Assembly: GCA_946402705.1 (NCBI GenBank)
Contig: CAMIXG010000005.1
Location: 31,506 to 95,505, forward strand
Direction of reading: 5' to 3'
Source: an uncultured Tissierellia bacterium
GTDB lineage: Bacteria; Bacillota; Clostridia; Tissierellales; Tissierellaceae
DNA: 64,000 bases
The notes beneath the pieces were generated by a model that ran no database searches, was not told the origin of the DNA, and worked only from the letters and a program-made list of their open reading frames with translations. Position 1 is the first letter of the stretch. Each line of letters opens with the position of its first letter. This document shows, piece after piece, positions 49,781-61,000 of the stretch. The position numbers and the translations under genes were made by a program.

Positions 49781-50968
49781 ATGAAAAAAACGGTAAAAGA
49801 TTATAATTATGATGGCAAAACAGTTATTGTAAGATGTGACTTTAATGTGCCAATGGATGAAAATCAAAATATAACAGATGACATAAGAATAAAATCATCA
49901 CTACAAACTATTAACTATTTATTGGATGAGGGAGCTAGGGTAGTCTTAATGTCCCATTTGGGTAGACCAAAGGGAGAGGCAAAGCCGGAATTTTCTTTGG
50001 CACCAGTGGCTAAAAGATTATCAGAATTATTAAATAAACCAGTTAAATTCTTAGATGATGATATGGTTGTATCAGAAGATGTAAAATCAGAAGTTAAGGA
50101 TATGAAGGCTGGAGAAGTAGCTCTTTTACAAAATACAAGATATAGAAAAGAAGAAGAAAAAAATGAAGAAAACTTTGCCAAAGATTTATCATCTTTAGCG
50201 GATATATATATAAATGATGCTTTTGGAACTTCCCATAGAGCTCATGCTTCAAATGTAGGTGTATCTAGCTTTATTCCTTCAGGATTAGGATTTTTAGTAG
50301 AAAAAGAAGTTGAAATAATAGGAAAAGCATTAGAAAATCCAAAAAGACCTTTTGTTGCAATTTTAGGAGGAGCTAAGGTATCTGATAAAATTGGTGTAAT
50401 TGAAAATCTATTAAACATAGTAGATACAATTATAATTGGTGGAGGTATGGCTTATACTTTCTTTAAGGCTAAGGGCTATGAAATAGGAACATCTTTATTG
50501 GAAGAAGATAAGGTGGACTTAGCAAAGACTCTAATTGAAAAAGCTAAAGATAAAAATGTAGATTTCCTACTTCCGCAAGATATTGTTGTGGCAAAAGAAT
50601 TTAAAAATGATACAGAAATACAAACAGTAGATGCAGATAAGATGCCATCAGATATGATGGGTCTTGATATAGGACCAAAAACTATAGACCTGTTTTCTGA
50701 AAAAATTAAGATAGCAGAAACAGTTATCTGGAATGGACCAGTAGGAGTATTTGAAATGGAAAACTTTGCAAAAGGTACAAATTCCATAGCTAAGGCTCTT
50801 GCAGATTCAAAAGCTATTACAATTGTAGGTGGTGGAGATTCAGCTTCAGCAGTGGAAAAAGCAGGTTTTGCAGATGCAATAACACATATTTCCACAGGTG
50901 GAGGAGCATCACTTGAATTGATGGAAGGAAAAATATTACCAGGTATAGCTGCAGTTACTGAAAAATAA
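49781..50968 (+). CDS. pgk: Phosphoglycerate kinase
   Basis: [27 protein letters not shown] and STGGGASLE motifs. Confidence 0.95.
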   Translation: MKKTVKDYNYDGKTVIVRCDFNVPMDENQNITDDIRIKSSLQTINYLLDEGARVVLMSHLGRPKGEAKPEFSLAPVAKRLSELLNKPVKFLDDDMVVSEDVKSEVKDMKAGEVALLQNTRYRKEEEKNEENFAKDLSSLADIYINDAFGTSHRAHASNVGVSSFIPSGLGFLVEKEVEIIGKALENPKRPFVAILGGAKVSDKIGVIENLLNIVDTIIIGGGMAYTFFKAKGYEIGTSLLEEDKVDLAKTLIEKAKDKNVDFLLPQDIVVAKEFKNDTEIQTVDADKMPSDMMGLDIGPKTIDLFSEKIKIAETVIWNGPVGVFEMENFAKGTNSIAKALADSKAITIVGGGDSASAVEKAGFADAITHISTGGGASLELMEGKILPGIAAVTEK

Positions 50969-50978
50969 GGAGGATTCT

Positions 50979-51725
50979 ATGAGAAAGCCTATTATAGCAG
51001 GAAATTGGAAGATGAATAATACTATTAGAGAAGGACTTGAATTAATAAATGATCTTAAGGCTAGAAGTCTAGATGAAGATGTTGAGGCAGTTGTATGTGT
51101 TCCCTTTACTTTTTTGTCAGAGGCTAGAAAAGTTTTAAGAGATACAGGTATAAAACTAGCTGCTCAAAATATGTATCATGAAGAGTCAGGTGCCTTTACA
51201 GGAGAAGTATCTCCAATTATGTTAAAAGAATTAGAAGTGGACTATGTTATACTTGGTCATTCTGAAAGAAGACAAATTTTTGGAGAGACAGATGAAATGG
51301 TAAATGCCAAAGTAAAATCTGCCTTGAGACATGGGATAAAACCTATAATTTGTGTTGGAGAAACATTAGAAGAAAGAGAAAATAATAAGGAAGTTGAGAT
51401 AGTAACTACTCAGGTTGAGAAGTCATTGAAAGAAATTGACATAAGGTATATAGAAGATCTTGTGATAGCCTATGAACCAATTTGGGCAATAGGAACTGGA
51501 AAAACTGCATCTTCAGAAGATGCTAATAGTATGCTTTCCAGTATAAGAGAAAAAATCACTGAACTTTATGGAAAAGAAAGTAGTGAAATAATAAGACTTC
51601 AATATGGAGGCAGTGTTAAACCAGAAACTATAAAAGAACTTATGGAAAAAGAAAATGTTGATGGTGCCTTAGTAGGTGGAGCTAGTTTAAAAGCCAATGA
51701 CTTTACACAACTAGTTAATTTTTAG
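50979..51725 (+). CDS. tpiA: Triose-phosphate isomerase
   Basis: AGNWKMN, GHSERR, AYEPIWAIGTG and YGGSV motifs. Confidence 0.95.
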   Translation: MRKPIIAGNWKMNNTIREGLELINDLKARSLDEDVEAVVCVPFTFLSEARKVLRDTGIKLAAQNMYHEESGAFTGEVSPIMLKELEVDYVILGHSERRQIFGETDEMVNAKVKSALRHGIKPIICVGETLEERENNKEVEIVTTQVEKSLKEIDIRYIEDLVIAYEPIWAIGTGKTASSEDANSMLSSIREKITELYGKESSEIIRLQYGGSVKPETIKELMEKENVDGALVGGASLKANDFTQLVNF

Positions 51726-51735
51726 GAGGTAAAGT

Positions 51736-54577
<2,842 letters not shown>

Positions 54578-54580
54578 TAA

Positions 54581-54616
54581 AAAAGACCTTGATGTTAAAT
54601 CAGGGTCTTTTTTTAT
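54581..54616 (+). terminator. Rho-independent terminator after eno
   Basis: The stem aaaagaccttga / tcagggtctttt is followed by a T-run. Confidence 0.85.
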
Positions 54617-54643
54617 AAAAATGATTATAAATCTGTTAATTAA

Positions 54644-54671
54644 TTGACAAAATTCTAAAAGATGATATAAT
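54644..54671 (+). promoter_or_regulatory. Strong SigA-type promoter driving the riboswitch leader
   Basis: TTGACA (54644-54649), a 16-nt spacer, and extended -10 TGaTATAAT (54663-54671). Confidence 0.7.
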
Positions 54672-54714
54672 TTCCTTGTAATAAAACTTAATAAGTATTT
54701 TGGTTTCTTTTAAA

Positions 54715-54850
54715 ACTAAGAATTAAAAGAGAATTGTGTTAGAATCACAAACGGACCGGCCACTGTATTTGGTTAGGACTTTTCATTACCACTGGGAAAC
54801 TGGGAAGGGAAAAGTATTTAAGCCATAAGTCAGGAGAACTGCCAAGATAT
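54715..54850 (+). promoter_or_regulatory. Cobalamin (B12) riboswitch aptamer
   Basis: The conserved core is readable directly: AGAGAAttGtGttaGAATCacaaaCGGacCGGCCACTGTA (54727-54767), a second ACCACTGGGAAacTGGGAAGG (54788-54808), and the B12 box AGTCAGGAGAACTGCC (54828-54843). The boundaries are approximate. Confidence 0.85.
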
Positions 54851-54944
54851 ATTTTAAATTACCTTCCAGGATAGAGGTCAATATTATGTGATTAAATATT
54901 TTTGAGTATCATTATGTATTAATAATGCTCTTTTATAATACATA

Positions 54945-54977
54945 AGCACCTACCTGAGAAGGTAGGTGCTTTTTTTT
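54945..54977 (+). terminator. Riboswitch expression-platform terminator
   Basis: A perfect 10-bp GC-rich stem agcacctacc / ggtaggtgct with a tgagaa loop and a T7 run, 25 nt upstream of the giant ORF start. A candidate antiterminator strand lies at 54859-54870. Confidence 0.85.
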
Positions 54978-55002
54978 GTAAAAAATAGAGGGAGATGACA
55001 AA

Positions 55003-55095
55003 ATGAGAGATAGGTTAAAGAGGGTACTAAGCCTAGTTTTAGTATTTGCAATTATTACAGGAAACTTATTATCTTTGCAAAATATATCGTTTGCA
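55003..55095 (+). other. Sec (type I) signal peptide of the giant protein
   Basis: MRDRLKRVLSLVLVFAIITGNLLSLQNISFA|KE: a basic n-region, a hydrophobic core and an SFA cleavage motif. There is no lipobox Cys. Confidence 0.8.
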
Positions 55096-58000
55096 AAAGA
55101 GAATATAGTTTTAAGTCAAGGTGAGGAGGGTTTTATATTTGATAAATCTGATAATAGAATTATTGGATATAGTGGTGAGATTCCTTCAAAGCTGGAAATA
55201 CCAAGTGAAATTGATGGAGTGAGTGTAAAACATATTGGTGAAGAAGATAAACTAGACCAAGATTTTATACAAAAAGGTATAGAAGAATTAGTTTTACCAG
55301 AAGGCATTGAATCAATTGAGCAAAGAGTATTTTTTGGTAATAAAATAGAAAAATTAGAATTACCAAAAACTTTAAAGTTAATAAGAGGAGGAGCTTTTAA
55401 AAATAATCTTATAAGGGAAGTAAACTTTCCAGAAGATATAGAAGAAATAAGGGCTGCTGCTTTTGAAAATAATAAAATAGATACTTTAAACATACCATCA
55501 AATATTGAGAAAATAGGAGATGATGCTTTTAAGGATAATTTTTTAGAAGACATAGTAATACCTAATAATATAAGAGAAATAGGTGGGGGAGCTTTTGCCT
55601 TAAATCCTATAAATACAGTTGACTTAGGTAGGGTGGAAATAATAGGAGGAAGTGCATTTCACACAACTAATTTAAAAGAAATCAGTCTTCCAGATACTCT
55701 AAAAGAGATAGGTATATCTGCCTTTGGAAACACAAGGATAGAAGAATGCATAATACCTAAAAATGTTGAAAAATTAGGAAAAGATGCATTTTTTAGCAAG
55801 GATATAGATGTTTATACAAAAATATACTTAGAAGATGAAAAAAATGAACATAGATTGACATCAGGTGTTGGAACTGTTTTAAATCCAGTTGAAGTTGAAG
55901 TTATAAATACTTCAGTTGATGGGGAGCTTAGCAGGGAAAAAATTGTTGGACAAAAATCAGATGGAAGTTATATAACTGATTATAATAGAAAAAATAAAGA
56001 GTTTGACTTTTTTAGTAAAGAAGCCGAAGTTGGTATAAAACCAAAAGTTATAGAAGGTTTTTTAACACCTAGATCAAAAACTCTAAAATTAGTTAATAGC
56101 ACAGAAACTATAGAGTTTAAATATGAAAAAGGGCAAGAAGTAGAAGAAAAAGAAATAGAAGTGCTTTTAATAGACCACGATTATAAAAACTTTATAAAGG
56201 TTGGAGATGTCTATAAGTTAACTTTAAAAGATAAAAATCCTGTTATCTTAGATGTATTAAAAGAATTAGAAGAAAAACATAATGTGAGAATAAAAACAGA
56301 AGAAGGAAGTTATGGAGAATATATAACACAAATAGGAGATTTAAAGGCTTCTAAGGCAAAATCTGTTATGTATAATATAAATGATGAAAAAGCAGGTCTT
56401 GGAGCTTCTTCTCAGGATGTCCATGATGGAGATAAGATACTGTTCTTTATGGGAAACTCCATGAATGGATATAATGGTCCAAAATGGGAAGAATTCACAG
56501 AAGAAGAAAATAATGAATTAGATCTAAGTAAACTAATAGATGAGGCATTGACATGGTCATTAGTTAACAATAGTAAATTTGAATTTTCAGGAGCAACATC
56601 TTTAATGGTTGCAGGTAAAGACCTAAAAGAAATGCCAGAAAGAATTGAAACTCATTTTGCTTTTACTTATAAGGCTAAACCATTAAATACTATAAGAAAT
56701 TATCTTTTAGGAAATAACATGGAATACCTAGAAGAAGTTAAAAAATATGATTTCAATCAAAAATTAAATAATATAAATGCAATAGAACCACATATATATT
56801 CTATGATAGCCCTTAATATGATAGGTGAAGATTATGATAAGCAACTTGCTAGTGATAATCTAGTTAAGTATATATTAAGTGGAGATATAAAAGATAATAA
56901 TATGGGAGATGCCATAGCAGCAATAGTTGATAGTGGGGCTGAAGTAAATAAAAAAGAGTTATTAGATAATGTAAATAAAAGATTGTCTAATCCACCAGCT
57001 AATATTAGATACTATTCATCACTTTTAGAGGCCTTAATCAATCTAGGGGAAAAAGTAGATGCTTCAAGTATTGAAAAACTTTCAGAATATAAAAAAGATG
57101 GTGGATATGCAACTACACCACTTATGGGTTATAAAAAAGATGGAGAAGAATTAATAGCCCTAAAGTTATTCTTAACAGTTGATAATAAGGAAAACACTTT
57201 TAGGACTGCTGGAAAGAAAGTTAATGAAGGTCCATCAGAAAAAAATGACTATAAAATTGAAATAGATAAATCAAAATTTGAATTTAAAGAATTTGATGAA
57301 ATAAAAATAGCTGCAAAAACTTATTTAAATGGACAGGAAAAAGATTTACCTTATGATCTAGTATCAGAAAATGCAAAAATTGTATCCATAGCTAGGGATA
57401 ATAAGTTAGTAGTTAATTCTCATGGAACAGTTACTATAAAGGCTATCTTAAAAGAAGATAAGAGTGCTTTTGATGAAATAGAACTAGTGATTGAAAAAGT
57501 TGAGGCAAAAGCAGGCCAAGGAAATATAAATGATTTTATAGATGCCATATCAATCTACTATAATAGGGAACACTTTAAGAACAATGGCGGTAAGTTAAAT
57601 GCCTTTGAATATGCAACATTTGAAAAAGTTGGATTATCATCAAGTAGATGGGAAGTTGAAAAAGATTATAAACCTAGCTATGATGAGAACTTAAAGTATG
57701 TTGGAAATAAGGCAAGACAAGTAGAGGTAATGCTTGCAACAGGAAGAAACCCAAGAGATTATAAGGGTAGAGACCTAATAGAAGAAATAACAACAGTAAT
57801 AAATACTGGAAAATCAGATGGTAGAGATTTTGATTTTGCTGCGTATCCTTATTTACTAGGAGTAGTAGCAGTGAATAACTACAATGAAATATATCCTTCT
57901 AATAAGGCTAATTACAATAATGAATTTGTGCTTAATATGATAAGAAAAGCCCAACAAGAAAATGGCGGCTTAATAGAAAGAAGTATAGAAAATGGAATAG

Positions 58001-61000
58001 CACCTAGAAATACAGCCTTAGCCTTAGAAGTTGTGGCTAAAGTAAATGGCGGAGATGATATCAAAACCAAAATATTGTCATACTTTGAGTCGATACAAGA
58101 GGATAATGGTGGCTTCTTTGAAAAAGCTTATATAACAAATTATAATGCTGATATAGTTAAAGCTCTTGCTATAGCAGGTGAAGACTTAACTAGTTCAAAA
58201 TGGACTAAGGGAGAATATAATCCTATAGAATCTATATTCTATCTATATAGAAATAATAATTCATTTAAAGATTTTGTTGGAGAAGATATGTCTACTCTAA
58301 ACAATCCAAATGAGAGAGATTTAGATTGTAAAGTTGCTACACAAGCAGCACTAGAAGCTCTAATTGAAATAAGAAAAAATAATGGAGACTATCTAGTTAA
58401 AACTGCTAAAATATCAGAAACAAAAGAGATAGTAGAACAAGAAGTAGAAATAAATACATCAATTATTGTCCTAGATAAAGAAGGCAAATTTGAAGTAAAA
58501 AATATTCCTTCAAAATTAAAAGTGAATAATAAGAAGCAAACAGCAGGATTGACAGCACTTGGAGCGCTTCAAGCAACAACAAATAATATAAAAATGAACT
58601 ATGGATTTGTTGAAGAAATAGAAGGTATAAGAAACTCTGGAAATAGTGGATGGATGTATAGCATAAATGGTGAAATACCAAGACTTGCTGCAGCTTATAC
58701 AGAGGTAAAAGAAGATGATAATATACTATGGTTCTATGTTCCAGAAGAATTATTAAAAGATAAAACATTAGAAGAAATAATGCCTAAATGGGAGGAATTA
58801 ACTGGAGATAATAGTAGTGAAATCCTTGAAGAGATTGCAAAATCTATACCAAGAAATCTAAAACAACCAATGGATTCTGATGTAGATAAAAATGTGTTAG
58901 AAGTTTTAGATAAAATAATAAAAGATAAGGGATATTCTAATATAGAATTAAAATTAGTGTCAGTAGATAAAAATGATGAGTTTGCATCTATTGATGAAGT
59001 AACAGGAGATATTAAATATTTCTATAAACACCCAAGTGAAGTAAAGGGATTATATAATCAACAAAGACAATGTAAAATAGAGCTAAAACTTGGTAATGCT
59101 ACTAAGATAATAGATGCAAATCCAAGTATTCTTTGGGACAAGGCAAAGCTTAGAAAAGTTATAGATGAAGAAATCATGGAAGATTTAGATTCTATGATAA
59201 AAGGAGAAAATATTTCTCTAAGTCAGTTTAAAGTTGATTCAGAAGTTAAGGATAAGATTGGTTCTAAGGGTTATGATTATTTAGAAATCCAATATAAATT
59301 AGAAGAAAATGCAGGATTAAAATTTAAAAAAGGCGGCTACGAGTATATAAATGGAAAAATGGTATTAACTCCAAATAAATTAGTAGTTAAAGATGTAAAA
59401 GAGCCAATAAGTACAAAACTAAAAGTGGTACTTTCTACAGTACAAGGTAGCATAGAAGTAGATACTAAGGAATATAATATAACTGTTGTTCCTAAGGACT
59501 ATGCTGGTAAAACTTTGGAAGAAGAGATGAAAGAAAAACTGGAAAAACATTACACAGAAGATAAGTTTAAATCAGCAGTAGATGGTAGTGAAATAGATTT
59601 AGATAATATATCTGATGATATAAAAATACCAACTCCAAAAGAAACTGAAATAGAAGACTATGATAACTATAAATACTTTATGACAAGTAGTGATAATGGT
59701 TTAATAAAACCATTTGAAACTAAGAATGCTGGAAAAGTAGTTGTTTATAGACCACTTCCAGGAGAGTCAGCTGGAAAGGCAACTCTTACTATAAATATGG
59801 AAGATAAGAAAACTGGAACAGTAGTTAGTAAAAATTTAAAAGAGATAACAGTACTTCCATTAACTCAAGAAGAGATAGATAAAGAAATAGAATTGATGGA
59901 GAAAGTAAAATCTAGTTATTTTGATTTGATAAAGGGTGAAAATATATCAAAAGATGAAATAACTAAAGATTTGAAATGGTTTAGAGAAGTAAATCTTGGT
60001 AAAGATGGACTTACTTGGAATACTCATATAAAAGATGATGTGAATATGGGAATAACACCAGATGCTTTAGAAGGCTGGTATGATACAGAACAATGGAGAT
60101 TGTTTAGAGCTAGTAATCCAGAGATAATAACTCATGAAAATTTACTAGTAACTAGACCAGAAAAAGATACAAAAGTTAAAATAGATAGTATCTTAACATC
60201 AGTTATATATGGAAAATATGCAGAAAAATATCCTAATAATGAAGATTTTAAAAAGCTTTATAAACAAGCTGTTGAAGTTGAAGTTACTGTATTGGGAACA
60301 GAAGCAAACAGTTCTAAAATAGATTTAGATAAGGAAATAAACTTCCTAAAATCTGTATTTGAAGCCTATATGGAAGAAGACAGTAATGGAAATACAGGAA
60401 ATGCTAAGCTTTCCTTAACTGGAACTGGTGCAGCAAAACTTGCAGGCATGGATATGAATAAGATACAAAAAAATATTTATATAGACAAGGATAATAAAAC
60501 TTCTTATCAATTATCTCAATCTATAATCACCCTAATAGGTGCAGATTTAGATCCTACTAATTATCAAACTAGAAACTTAGTAGAAGAACTTATAAAATCT
60601 CAGCAACTAGAAGGTGATGAAAAAGGAGCCTTTATAACCGACTTTAGAGGTATTGGAGATGACTTAAATAGCATAGAAGTTCAAATAAGAAGTATAATAG
60701 CTCTTGATATGGCAGGTGCAAACTATAATAAGCAAGCAGCTGTAGAGAAATTGATAGCTATGTATGAAAACAAGGAAGATAATAAAACTTATAAAGAAAT
60801 AGAAACAGAAGGATATATGATTCTTGCTCTATCTAAACATAAAGAGCTTGGACAAACTACTATAGATTCCATAGTAAATAACCTATCATCTCTTCAAAAA
60901 GATAATGGTGGTTACCTTGTAAAGGGTATAGGTGATGGCGCTACTGTAGGAATGTCAAGAGTTGTTCAAGGTTTAGTGGCAAATGGTATAAATCCTTTGA

